Source of the DNA: Pristiophorus japonicus
Lineage: Eukaryota
Direction: 5' to 3'
NCBI RefSeq assembly: GCF_044704955.1
Contig: NC_091982.1
Span: 62,062,001 to 62,126,000, forward strand
Length of the DNA: 64,000 bases
How positions within the stretch are numbered: position 1 is the stretch's first letter; each line of letters starts with the position of its first letter. Under the pieces are notes generated by a model. It was not told the origin of the DNA. It worked only from the letters and a program-made list of their open reading frames with translations, and did not search any database. A program made the translations under genes and the position numbers. Of this stretch, positions 24,749-37,116 are shown one piece after another.

Positions 24749-25603
24749 CAACTACTGGCAGAAAACCAGCAGAGTTGATTCTCAAACGACAGCCATGAAC
24801 CAGTTTCTTAATGTGAAAGCTAAACGTGACACAGTCAATAGAAGAGAAACAATTAAGACAGAAAGTGAATCATGATAGAGGTAGAGTAAGAGAGAGGAGT
24901 GTGAAATTAAATCAGAAGATGAGAGTGAAGAACCTACACCATAAATGATTAAAGTAGTTGCCAGGAAGGATCGTGAAGATATGTGGTTCTTGCAGATATT
25001 TGGTCAAGATGTTTGATCATGGACAGGTTAGGTTTGTTCACATTGATCATATTTTACCTACAGTTGTGGAAAGCGTTGAAAGTTGGAATGATTCAATATT
25101 CTGATGAGTCATCTAGTCTTGTTACATGTAAAGCACCAGTAGCAAATCCTACATCAGATGTACTAGAAACAAATCCAAGAGAAATTCAGAATTTAAATCA
25201 GAGATCGAGTCAGGTAGACAAACAGTCTGAAGTTGTAGAGAGTCAAATTGTAGATCAAGGGTTACCCTTGGAGGAAAACTTCCCTCAGGATCAGCCAAGA
25301 ATGAGTTTGGAAGGTTCTGTTCGAGAGCAAAAATATCCTTTTCGAAACAGAAAACCAGTGGTTAAGTTTGATTTGTAAATATGGCAAAACAAGTCCATAT
25401 CCTTTGTCGTGTATATCATGCAAGTTATGTGTGATGAATATTTAGTTTTGATTACTTCTTCAACAAGGAGGGAGAATTATAATATAGCTCCCGCTAGTGG
25501 ACTACTGTGATAATGTAACTGCTGCTGCAGATAATAAAAGGGTCATGTGTTAAAGTCACCATCTTGTATATGTTTCTTAGTGATGTCATAAACAATCTAT
25601 CAC
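24749..25603 (+). mobile_element. Gypsy integrase C-terminal remnant, PPT and short 3' LTR
   Basis: Degenerate ...GRIVKICG..YLVKMFDHGQVRFVHIDHILP, then ...KYPFRNRKPVVKFDL*, purine tract AAGGAGGGAGAA at ~25464 and a short LTR-like segment ending ATCACA. Confidence 0.65.
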
Positions 25604-26234
25604 ACAGTCATTGCGGTGCAGTTTGTTACAACTGAATGTCTCTGAGGTGAATTATCAGCCATGATCTTATTGAATGGTGATGCAGGCTCACCAGGCCAAA
25701 TGGCCTACTCCTGCACCTATTTTCTATGTTCCTATGTCCTCCTGGGCCATTTCAGAGGGCAGTTAAGAGTCAATTACATTGCTGTGAGTCTGGAGTCACA
25801 TATAGGCCAGACTGGGTAAGGACAGCAGATTTCCTGCCCTAAAGGACCGAAGCAAACCAGATGGATTTTTACAAAAATCCAGTAGATTCATGGTCACCAT
25901 TACTGACACTAATTTATTTTATTCCAGATTTATTTAATGAACTGAATTTATGGTGGGATTTGAACTCACGTTTCCAGATTATTACTTCCAGCCACTGGAT
26001 TACTAGTCCAGTCAACTTAACCACTATGCTACCATTCCCAGCCCATTACGAAGATGCAGTCTTTGAAATGCTACAAATGCCTTGCCACCAGCAATGGCAG
26101 GCCACTCAGGAATGGGATCAACATTCCAAATCCACAGTACTGTCTTCAGTTCTGGGCCTCGCTCCTCAGGAGCGGTATATTGGGCTCGGAGAGGGAGCAG
26201 CGCAGATTCACCAGAATGAAACCGAGGCTAAAAG

Positions 26235-26446
26235 GGTTAAGTATGGAAGGACTCCATAAAACTGAGTACTGTGAGCTAAAACTGATATGACCTTAGTCTC
26301 TTTAATAAAACTACAGAGTGCATAAGCAGCGTGGCAGACAACCTTTTATACTCCCTTGCACGATGTGTGCAGGTTACCTTGGGCCTCTAACAGTTGCGCC
26401 CTCTGGTGGTACATCTTACACAGTTAAAATGTTTACATACATAACA
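26235..26446. mobile_element. Short solo LTR (~212 bp) with 5-bp TSD AAAAG
   Basis: Ends (G)GTTAAGTATG ... CATACATAACA are imperfect inverted termini. AAAAG occurs at 26230-26234 and 26447-26451. Confidence 0.7.
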
Positions 26447-26654
26447 AAAAGGGTTAAATTATGAGGATACGTTGCATAGACTAGGTTTGTATTCCCTCGA
26501 GTACAGAAGATTAAGGGGTGAATTAATTGTGGTATTTAAGGTGATTAGGGTAAATAGAAGGAAACTATTTCCTCTGGTGGGGGGAGTCCAGAACAAGGGA
26601 GCGTCACCTTCAAATTAGAGCCAGGCTGTTCAAGGGTGATGTCAGGAAGCACTT

Positions 26655-27544
26655 TGTAAGAATGAAAGTGTTTAGTAATGATAAAATTGATTCTGTGTAT
26701 ATAAAAATATAAATGTTAAAAGTGTAGATTATACGAAAAGACAAGTTTGAGGAGACAAAACGGATTCCTTCCCAAATTCATGTCTCCTGGTCGGGCCGAG
26801 CTCAAGTTATAAAGAAAGCATGGCTTTGAAACTCACCAAACTAGAAAAGATGTTAATTGGAAAGCCATAAACCTAATCAAGAGATTTCTAAATCTCTGGC
26901 ATTAAATTGACAGCAAGACCGATTCTTTTAAAACAATTTGGACTAGTTTATTGAACACACACACATGCACATCTATCAGAGAAACAGCAGTCATCAGCTA
27001 TCCTATGGACTCTATTTAATTACAACAATTACAATGACGTTACAATAAAAAAGATATTACAAGCTATACTTTACTTCCCTCTGGCAAAGTACACGGCCTG
27101 CTCCTTTGTCTGTAGAGGGAGGTCCAGCTATGCCACTGGCCCTCCAGACAGCCACATGTATGAGGAGAAGCCAATTAGGAATGGCTCTGGAACCAAGACC
27201 CAATCCTGAGGCTTTCTGAGAAACTATGGCCTTGAGAGGTTTAACAACTCAAGCCAAAGATTGCTCTCTCTCTTCTCCATAGCACATGGCATAGCTGGAC
27301 CTCCCTCTACAGACAAAGGAGCAGGCTGTGTACTTTGTCAGAGGGAAGTAAAGTATAGCTTGTAATATCTTTTTTATTGTAACGTCATTGTAATTGTTGT
27401 AATTAAATAGAGTCCATAGGATAGCTGATGACTGCTGTTTCTCTGATAGATGTGCATGTGTGTGTGTTCAATAAACTAGTCCAAATTGTTTTAAAAGAAT
27501 CGGTCTTGCTGTCAATTTAATGCCAGAGATTTAGAAATCTTACA
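26655..27544 (+). mobile_element. Solo LTR (TGTAAGA...TCTTACA, 890 bp) containing a 254-bp internal inverted duplication
   Basis: 7-bp terminal inverted repeats, TSD ACTT/ACTC, AATAAA at ~27470. Arms are 26882-27135 and 27287-27540. Confidence 0.85.
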
Positions 27545-27773
27545 ACTCCTTCACACAAAGGGCAGTGGAAATCTGGAACGCTCTCCCCCAAGGATCTGTA
27601 GTCTGGGGGTCAATTGTAAACTTCAAAACTGAGATTGATTGATTATTGTTGGGCAAGGGTATTAAGGGTTACAGAACTAAGACAAGTAGATGGAGTGAAG
27701 ATACAGATCAGCCATGATCTCATTGAATGGCGGAACAGGCTCGAGAGACCGAATGGCCTACTCCAGTTCCAAT

Positions 27774-28411
27774 GGAGAGGATTTTCCGATCGTCTGTACT
27801 CCATCTTTCACCCCGGAGTGGTGGCAATGGCGGTGGTGAGGTATTCCAGGCGGGCGGACAGCCTCCAGTGCCCCACGGGGGTTTTCGGACTGGATTTGAG
27901 GGGGCGCAGAGCACTAGCGCCCAAGAGCTGCGGCGGTGTGCAACGCTCCTGGTTGCAACACCGGCTCGATTTTTGAGTCCCGCCCGACCCGTACGCCCTG
28001 CAGCGCGCCCCACTCTGACCTCCTGGGGAATCGGGCGGTCCAACCTGTACCTACTGCAGAGAGGTAAGTAATGCCGTCCTAAGTAAGTGTGGTTGTTTTT
28101 TTTTATTATATTTGAGATTTATGTTGTGGTGGTGTGAGCAATATTTTGGGAATATTTTTGTGGCTTTTTAAAAGTTTTTTAAATCTCCCCCAGGCCTCTC
28201 ACAGAGCACTCCGAGGTCGGCTGTTTAGCTCAGGATTTTCCCATGCTCAGCCGGCCTAGCGCCCTGTGCAACACCTCCCTTAGCGCTCCACCCCACACTC
28301 AGGGTCCAGCTACCCAATTTTACTGAATTAGGCGCAAACTGTTCCCGGTCACAAACTTTACCGCTCCACCGCCATTACCGCCCCAAAATCAGCAAAGACG
28401 AAAATCCAGCT
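27774..28411. mobile_element. Non-autonomous GC-rich TIR element
   Basis: Ends GGAGAGGATTTTCCG ... CGAAAATCCAGCTC. Inverted sub-terminal motifs GGCAATGGCGGTGG / CCACCGCCATTACC. Confidence 0.55.
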
Positions 28412-28589
28412 CGGAGTACCTAAACCTGCTCCGCACACTCAATGATCTCATTCCTCACCTCTGCTCATAGGAAAATGTGCCAGTTTTCTAACAGTGCCCA
28501 GCACACAGTGAAGTCCCGTCTCTAATAGTAAGAGGAGGTGCCAACCCCTGTGAATTTATAACAAAATCTGTGCACCTGTACTTCTTAGT

Positions 28590-28972
28590 ATCAGCTGTGG
28601 CTCAGTGGGCAGCACTTGCGCATCTGAGTTAGAAGGTTGCGGGTTCAAGTCCCACTCCAGGAACTTGAGCACAAAAATCTAGGTTGACATTCCCAGTGCA
28701 GTGCTGAGGGAGTGGTGCACTGTGGGAGGTGCCATCTTTCGGATGAGACGTTTAACCGAGGCCACGTTTGCCTCTTTGGTGGACATTAAAGATACCATGG
28801 CACTATTTAAACAACAGCGGAGTGCCTGATTAATATTTATCCCTTAACCAACATCACTAAAACAAAAGATCTGGTCATTATCACATTGCTGTTTGTGGGA
28901 GCTTGCTGTGCAGTGATAGGCAGCCGTGTTTCCTACATTACAACAGTGACTACACTTCAAAAGTACTCCATT
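28590..28972 (+). mobile_element. Near-full-length tRNA-derived Deu-domain SINE (SacSINE1/AmnSINE1-like)
   Basis: A box (TGGCTCAGTGG), B box (GGTTCAAGTCC), then GCAGTGCTGAGGGAGTGGTGCACTGTGGGAGGTGCCATCTTTCGGATGAGACG...ACATTGCTGTTTGTGGGAGCTTGCTGTG. Confidence 0.85.
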
Positions 28973-28974
28973 TG

Positions 28975-30680
28975 CTGGAATTTTCCAGGTGGTGGCTGGA
29001 GGGTCGGGAGGGAAAGTTGTTATTTTTTTACAATGGCTCCAGACCCCTCTGTCATCCTGCCCCCTCGCGTCTTTCCCCCAGGTGCATCTGTCATCGAGGA
29101 GCCGAACCCAACCTGCAGCGGCGATCCAAATAAAATCATTATCAGATAGTTTACAGGCATTTGAGAGCCTTTTTCCACCTACATTTTAAATTTCCCTTCA
29201 TGGCCACGGGATTCACGCAGCTCGGGAACCACGTCAGTCAACCTGAGGTGCGAGGTCAGTGGCCATTGCTCCAGCTGATCACTTGAGAACTTCAAATGTA
29301 CAGTTAAAGCTCCCACATGACTGATCACCACATTCCTCAGGCAGAAGCTGCTGCTCAGTCCATTCCCAGCACAGATTCTGCAGGCAGCAAGTATTTCCAG
29401 CAAAGTCTCCATCCAGTCTCACCTCATTGGAAGAACCTCTCTCACCATTGACAGGTTGCTTCCATCATCTGCACTTCACCTGCCAGCTATTCCATCAACA
29501 TGGGTGTCGTTTATACTGACTCACCTCCGAATGGAACCACAATCATCCCCAACAACAGAAGCAACAAGCCAACCAGCAGCACCAACAACAACACCGCCAA
29601 CCTTCTCCGCAATCACCTGATGCTGCACAGGACAGAGGGCATCAGCACCCGACCACATTGCTGCCCAGGATGTGGGGATGGCCTGATCATCACTAGATTT
29701 AATTAACTTAATGTTGTACACCCTGGCTGCCATATGATGCGCCAGGTTGGCACCACCCCACACCAAATACCATAAAGCATCCCTACAATGCCCAAGCCAT
29801 TATTCTCACACAATATCCTTGTGGGGTGCACCATTATGTCTCGCCATTCACTGCAACTCAATAAGCCACTTCCAACGGTGCACATAAAATAAAGGTTTCA
29901 ATGTTGACAGCACATTAACAGAAACTTTACATGAACATTGAATAAAACACCTAGGTGGCTACACTTGTGTGTTGTTAATTGGATGATTGCACTGTGTTGA
30001 GGGTGAGTGTGAGGGGTGGCTAGTGAGATGGGGATAGAGAGAGATGGATTTGTGGAGGTGCAAGGTAAGTTGGTGTGAGTAAGGATGTGCAGGAGTAAGA
30101 TAGGGAAGGCAGAGTGATGGGGATGTGATGAGTGGCACAACAGGATGATGTTGAGTGTGGCTTTGTACTAACACTTCCTGATCTACTGAGATCATTGAAA
30201 GGTTTGTGACACTGCAGCCTGGTCCTCCTGACCACATCCCTGCTTGTGCCCTTCTGTGCAATGTGCAACCAGGCTGCGGTGGTCTCCTGGGGAGGTCTCT
30301 TCCACCCATGGGAAGGGTAGAGAACCTCCCTGCATGATATGACTGCCTCCATAAGCAAATGGAGGGTGACATGGGAGAGCCTGGATGCAGCCGTGCACCT
30401 CTGTGCCGTGATTTTTGGTGTTTGCAGCACTTCAATGCTGTAGTGGACTGACAGCACTGTGTTAGATTAAACTTTAAATGTAATGTGAAAACACGTCATC
30501 GATGACATCACCAGACCAGCTCCATTTAATTAGGCCAGGTAATGCGCAGGGCGAGCTAAATAGGCCCCATTAAGGGGAAATCTTTTTCTGCAGCAGGATG
30601 AAGCCAGCAGCGGGGTCATGACCCGCCATGCTGACGGCCCGCACCGGGCCCACCGAGGTTGGCTAAATACCGACCACAGT
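28975..30680. mobile_element. Internally deleted PIF/Harbinger-like transposon with a Myb/SANT-like ORF remnant on the minus strand
   Basis: ORF 30020..30457 contains LLMEAV..REVLYP..G.K.P...T.AAW..IA....S.....RT..QC.K.FNDL, typical of Harbinger Myb/SANT partner proteins. Boundaries are approximate. Confidence 0.6.
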
Positions 30681-30689
30681 CTGCAAAGC

Positions 30690-31308
30690 ACTATGGAGGC
30701 CCTGACCTGCGAGAGACCATCAGCAGCAGGTCAGGGCTGTAAATGGAGCTGCGAGCAGCGGCCTGGGAGCAGCGTGGTGGCATACCACTGCAAGGTACAA
30801 AGCGAGCTGGTGCAGGAGAGCGACGGCAGCGAAAAGGGCGACTGGATTGGATGTCATCAAGGTCCAGGTCGGTGATTGGAGCGTGGGCAGCTACAGTGGG
30901 AGCGGCGAGGTCGGGGCGCAGGAGCGGCGAGTGATCGTAGAGCGACATGATCGGGGTCCAGGAGAGGTGTGAGTTTGGGGCCCAGAAGAGGCGAGGGCCT
31001 AGGGGCAGCATGGGCCAGCCCACACTGCGATATGTGTGCGCGCTAGGTCCGTGCAGCAGAGCTGGTCTCCAGTCGTCCTGGTTAATCCTTGCCACTGGAC
31101 CAAGAACTAACTCTGTCAAGCCCGTGTGGTGGCCGGTGTGCAACGGTCACAACACATTAAAAAAATCCACACACAGGCATCTTCCACCATTCAACATATA
31201 GATCGGGATATGGAATATTAGGTCCTTCATTGAAACACCTGTGAACTCATCCCTTTTTTGCAAGGAAGCTAGTCATCCTCGATGTGAGGGACTGCCTATG
31301 ATGATGAT
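30690..31308 (+). mobile_element. Non-coding RTE-tailed retroposon (SINE-like)
   Basis: GC-rich body ends GGAAGCTAGTCATCCTCGATGTGAGGGACTGCCTATGATGATGATG, the same 3' end as the RTE LINEs at 18591, 23797 and 48930. Confidence 0.7.
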
Positions 31309-31658
31309 GGGACAACCTGCAGTCATGGAAGGCGCTGTATGAACATACATATAAGTTCCTATTTCTTATGTTCTTATGTTCTTATGCCCTTTCTCTCTTT
31401 CTAAAAAAACATTCTGCGCAGCCGCCGTCCACTTTCACGGAAATAATGGCAGAATTGTATTAGGTAGTTATCAGCGCAAACCTGAATAAAAGCTTTTTGT
31501 TGTTTGAATGAGTGTGAGTGCAGTTCAGCAATCTGAATTCATCACTGAAGATGGTGCAAAAAAGATTTACAATGATGATACCGGAACTGACAGGTTATGA
31601 GTATCAGGAATTACCGAACCAGTTGGTCTCTTTTCTCGAGAAAATAGATGTCAAGGAG

Positions 31659-33104
31659 TGTGAGTAGCGGTCTCGGGGGTCAGGTTCACCTCTGACCTTC
31701 TTGAGCGGTTCGAATCGCTCCCACTCCCTTGGGTTCGTGACTCTGGATTTATTTGGGGGGGTTGATGAAATGCAAGAGACAACTGGCTTGGTGCAAAAGT
31801 ACTTTGATTTTATTAGAGACAAGAAAATACAATGTCACACCTATAATCACTTAAAGTAAGTAACAGTACATCACACATTCAAAGGGGTTAAAGCGAATAA
31901 TACACCTCCCACCTCCCAATACCTAATACTTGCTAGATTAGACTCCAAGGCAACAGGGGCTATGCTTACCAATCCTTTACTGTTAGTTAGCGGTGGTTCA
32001 CAATTTCGGGGTTCGTTGTATTCTGTCGGTTCTGCTTGCCGTACCCCGAACATCGTAGAGGACTTCTCACTGTGTAGTCTTCAGCTGGATGGTGTCCGCT
32101 AATGCGGTAGGGTGCGTTTTGCATCTATGGAGTAAGTACCCGCTTTCCTTCATTAGAAATAGGCTCAAAGTCTCTTTAGGTAATCTTTTCACCTGTTGGT
32201 AGTCAGGCCTTAGATTGTAAGTGGAAACTTTCGATTCTTCAGTTTCTTCCTTGTGGAGTTTTGTTTCGATCGTGGTGGTTTTGGTGGTTCCACGTTGGCT
32301 GTGGTTGCTTGCTGCCGCGATGGTTCTTCTTTCCTTTTCGATTCCAGGATGTCGAGGCTGGAGAAGTTCGTTACAACTGCTGTGGTAGTCTCTCTTCCTT
32401 CTTGATGCTAGGCTGTTGTGTGGATATCACACCATAGCATACCATAGCACAAGCATCCCCTTTGTTAAAACAGGGGCCAGTTAAATTGTTTGAGTTGTCC
32501 TTATCTTTGCGCCAAATCAGTCCGGTTTAATTTTGGCGGCCTCGAATATTCTTTATCATATTTTGATGGGACCATTAAAAATGTTAACTTGACTCGGGTG
32601 TGTCGATCTTCTAAATCTGTTTCTTGATGGAAATATTAGCTTGGTATTTGCAATGTCTGTCTGTGCTTAGGTTTTGCATGTAGGCTGGATTGGGCCTTTT
32701 GTTATTATGCATAGGCTGAATTGGTTTCCTGTTCAGGGTGATAGCTGGCTATCTTGGAATTGATTGTTGCTATGTTAATGTCTCTTGTAGAGAAGGGTTT
32801 TCGAGTATCCACAATTCCAGACAATTTACTTTAGTTGCAATACCCTAAACAGCGTCAATACTCAAACTGAGTTCTTTGTAGGATGGTCACCCTTTAGTTT
32901 CTCTAAGCCCACCCAAACAGATTAAATTGTCTTATAAAATCACAAATTTGATTAATGTCCGTAGTTCCTTCTATGTGTACTTTAGGATTTCAAATTTTCT
33001 GCTACATAGTTTCAAATTAAATTTCCTTTCCAATGAGTCCAAACACTGGGGGCGGGGGGGTGGGGAGGCGGGGTAGGGATTCCCATGAATTTCTGCCCCC
33101 TTCA
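31659..33104 (-). repeat. 3' LTR
   Basis: Colinear with 40677-42129 (roughly 90% identical by eye). Preceded on the minus strand by the purine tract AGGGGGGAC (33105-33113). The left end is 31659 or 31661, depending on the TSD chosen. Confidence 0.93.
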
Positions 33105-33496
33105 GTCCCCCCTGTGACACTCCACACACTTGAATGTCATGCTGGGTGAGCAAAATTCCTATTTTCCTAGACTCAACCTTCCCTGTATTTACCGAGCTAA
33201 ATCTTTAATGTGCATCCCCCTTTGAAATGCAATGCAGTTTACAGGCAAATACAATCATTTCATTCCAGTTACAGCATAGAGAGGGTCTGATGCCCCTCCA
33301 TCACTCTGTTTTTACAGTAAAATAAAAAGCACATAGTCAAACACATTCTTAGGTATTCATTTAAAATAAAGGTACCTAATCAAACATATTTTTAGGTATT
33401 CACTTAAAATAAAGGTACCTAGTCAAACACATTTTTAAGTAACATTCTTACAACACTCGATTTCTGCGCTTTTACAGCAGGTAAACTTAAAACAAA

Positions 33497-35862
33497 TCAA
33501 ACATGGCAGTATGGTGTCACCCCTCCCTGTGCGATCACCAAGTTTGGCCAAGAAGTGTGCAGCATCCTTTGGTGCCTGACCCAATGACCTCTGCATTTCA
33601 CTCCGCAGGTGAGACACCATAAGTAAAGAATAATCGCGAGTTGACAAACAATCAAAATATGGGAAGCTAATCTGATCCCGGCAGCAACTTCTATATTTGT
33701 GAAAATGTTCCACGAAGATGAAATCGTGATCTCTAGAATCTTTCTCTCTATCTCAATTGTTTTCTGTTCTATAGTATAGAAATGTTTTTGTGAGATTACT
33801 ACAGCTGCTAGAAGAGCGGTAAGATGTTCGGGTAGAGGGGAATTGCATAGCCAAAATGTGCAACATAATCCTGCAGATTTGTAATGTTTTCCTTCACAGT
33901 GAGGTGAATAGTGGAGGGTTCAGGGATGGGGACAATCCGTTCCTGGGCCACTGGAACTGAAGCCTCAGGTTTAAAGCAAAAACTGCTGTCACTCACCGGA
34001 CACCAGAAGTATCCATGTTGGAAGTGGGGCGCACTGGTGGTGACACAATATGTCCCACCCCTTATGTATGCTTCCTGAGGAGGAACATGGTCTCCCATTA
34101 CCTCCATAGTACAGTTGATGGGATATGCGCCAGCAGCTTTAAACCCACACTGTGATTTAGAATAGGCATTGAAGTGCTGGGGACACAGTATTATGTGTGC
34201 ATCCCTCTTCCGGCACCCGGAGAGGTCAGTACCTGTCATAGCGTGCTCCCACTTTATGACATAGGGTGGGACCACTGCAAAACGAACATGGGTACCTCCT
34301 TGAATGACTCCAATGTTCTCCACCATTTATACCGGTGCAGGTCGGGCTGTCCCACCTATGACCGGCATCCTTAGTACTATCGCCATGATGGTGTGGTTAG
34401 ATTTCCCACAATCTACTGGGACAGGGTAGGCTTCAGAGGCTAGGCGGAGCTGGCACGGGCTTAGTGAATTCCTGTATGGGTGAAGGGCTGCGAGGTGCTT
34501 GTTCCTGATCCAAGAGGGGACTAAACCTTGTTTTAAATACTCCAGGTTGTAGCGGCCCTTGCCCAACAACCATGCCCCATACAGCACGCACACCTCGTTC
34601 TTTGCACCTGGTCGGAAGCATTTCTATCCTCTCGTATGAGTGCATTCACTGTCTGTGCATGTTTTACCAGCTCAGCCACAATGTATTTTAAATGGACCAT
34701 CATAGCCTGGTCATCGTGTAGCTCTGAGCCTACTACTGTGTTTTCCTGTTTCAGGATCTTTCTCAGTTGGTTCTTTAGACCATTTATCTGCGTTTGCAGT
34801 TCTATATCATCTAGGCTCTTTATGATAGAGGACCCTGTATTATACGCAGTAAAAATGCCATTTAAGGTTCCCCTTCTAGGTCTCCCCGTGCCCATGGTGT
34901 CCCTAGCGTATAGTGTGCATAAATCTGCTTTGCCTACATTCCAAAAGTCTAACTCATAAAATTTGTTGAACATTTCTCTAAGTAGGGCCTGATATAGCTG
35001 CTCTGTTTCCTTCAGGCACCATGCAGGTAAGTGCACCTCGGTAAAGTTTAAAGTAACTGGAGCTACTGCATAGTGTACCCCCTGGTATAACAGCTTTTCG
35101 GTCAGTACCAATACTAATCCGTTGCCTGGTCCCTTGGTGGTGGTAGGACACCTTTCCATTATTATGCGTATTGGCGGGGTCATGGGCAGGGGTTTCTTAA
35201 TGTTTGCTCTAAGTTCGGTGGTGTTAATTGGGAGTGGGGAGTGTGGAACCGCATATCGTGTAGGCTAGAATTCCACTCCATCCCATCCCCCTCATCTCTT
35301 GCCATTGCCGAGCGAAGGTGATCGATATGCCTGTGGGACAGATCTCCTTTGACCCCCACATGCAAATGTAAATTCCCTCTTCAGACTCCCACCACTTGTT
35401 CCAACACACCATCACTCCTCACCGTTTCCCCGTAATGGTACAGTACGTATCATTACCGACTCTTTCCCAGTCAGCTTCCTGGTCTCCCGTGTCCTTGCTC
35501 AGCTTTCTGAGCCATCACCATCTACCCAGGGAAATCTTTCCATTACAAATCAAACATACCCGTTTTCTCTCCATAACACTGACCCGCGCAGCAACGACCC
35601 ATATCCTGGGGCATGGAACAACCACCTCCCCATAGGTAAACCCTTCCTGGCTGGAGTAGCGGGTGGAGTTAGATCCCAGCCACCCTGGCCACCTTCCCTC
35701 GTGGGCATAGATGGTGAGCTCTTCCACACCCGGTGTGCCACCCCTTCCAGTCACAATCGGTGCTCTTTCTCCCGAGCACCCATAAATGAGGGATTCTTCC
35801 ACGTCTCCTCGGCCGCCGCTGCTTATCCTTATCAGGGCGAGCAGGAACTGAACCGTTCTCAT
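33497..35862 (-). pseudogene. env: env: ~790-codon envelope glycoprotein with stops and frameshifts; N-terminal Ig-like domain plus class I fusion protein
   Basis: Signal peptide MRTVQFLLALIRISSG; furin site RPRR; fusion-peptide-like GTLNGIFTAYNTGSSII; heptad repeat IELQTQINGLKNQLRKIL; long Cys-rich region; second heptad TIEQKTIEIERKILEI; TM LASHILIVCQLAIILYLWCLTC; short tail ending TGA at 33497-33499. Confidence 0.85.
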
Positions 35863-36341
35863 GTTGTTCTCCTTCCTGTAGGGGCACATAAAACAGATTG
35901 TCCAGCCCTGAGAAAAGTTCTCTGGCTTGACAAAGATGACCAAGTTCCAATTTGGGCTCATTTCTTCTCAAACACACAATACAGTCTTTAATTTGCCAGA
36001 TGTCTTATTCAGTTCCTTATGGAACTGATGCCTGCTTTTAACTTTTGTCTCACAGCCGTTTTACTCTTATCTTACCGGTGCATCCTTTGACAGCTATAGC
36101 GGTAGATTCTTCCAACTCCCAGGTGTTACCCGGCCTGTGCCTCTTTTAATAGCTGCACAGGTGGATTCTTTCTCTTACCCCTAGATGGGCTTTTACATGT
36201 TTTCCCCAAGAACTATTACATATGTCACTATCATTACACAGATAATTCTACACTATGCTAGATCCTTACTAAACATACTTAAATTCATAGTATGCTATAT
36301 ATGTACATCTGACACCTGTCTCCGGGTGGCCAGGTTAATTC

Positions 36342-37116
36342 CTATCCTTCTCCTTTCTCCTCTGGCCTCTGGGTTTCCAGCGGGGATGGTAGTAGGTCGG
36401 CCTGTACTGCAGGACCCGGAGGTGGGTCTGAGTCCCACACTATTGGGGGAATGTCCCCTCCGGTGCTACAGCACACTATTCCTTTGGGGGTGGCTGCACA
36501 GTTCCTTTCATCCCCTGGGGGTTCTACCTGGTCGAGGGCTGCGGGCTGGGGACTCCCAATTGGTGGCTGGTCCACCACTATCTCTTCTGGGGGTCCCTCG
36601 TCGCCTGAGGCTACCGGCTGGGGGTCCCTTCTCACAGGCTGGCCCCTGATCTTAGGTACCCTTTCGCGGTTGGTCCTGAACCACTTAAATTGGGGCGCTG
36701 GGACCACGGTGTCTTAGGCCGTGGCATGCGGAGAGTCCTTCTTAAGGTTTTGGCTACTGGGGATGCATCCGAGTCCCAAATTATTGGGGGGATAGCCCCT
36801 CTAGGTGCAGTTTGTGGGTCTGCCATGTCCCCTGTGGGACTTCCAAATTCAGGGGCTGCTGGCTGGGTATCCCTGCCTTTAGTACGGTTCGCTGTTTTTG
36901 GCTATCCCTTACGTTTAGCTGCTGTCCCGGGGTTGAAAGTTTGCACTGGTTTATGTGGAATCACTTTGTACGGCAGGGCATTTTTATGGCATAGACCATG
37001 GGGCTTTCCTTGTTGACAATATGGTAAGGTCCTATGTACACCGCCTCAAAAACCCCTACTCGAGCGTAATTTCTTAGCATGACCTGGTCCACTATCTTCC
37101 ATTCGTGGTGTTTGCA
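36342..37116 (-). pseudogene. Integrase C-terminal (GPY/SH3-like) domain and Pro-rich extension
   Basis: Manual translation HEWKIVDQVMLRNYARVGVFEAVYIGPYHIVNKESPMVYAIKMPCRTK*FHINQCK, then a low-complexity tail with the PPI(I/V)WDSD motif twice. Confidence 0.72.

Larger units (their letters stand above)
26130..27770 (+). mobile_element. CR1 LINE 3' fragment interrupted by two solo LTRs
   Basis: QYCLQFWA...QRRFTRM resumes after 26446 (LHRLGLYSLEYRRLRG) and again after 27544 (TTCACACAAAGGGCAGTGGAAATCTGGAAC). Confidence 0.85.

Noticed and set aside
28595-28660. tRNA gene
   Set aside because: A/B boxes are the head of a SINE followed by the Deu body; no complete cloverleaf.
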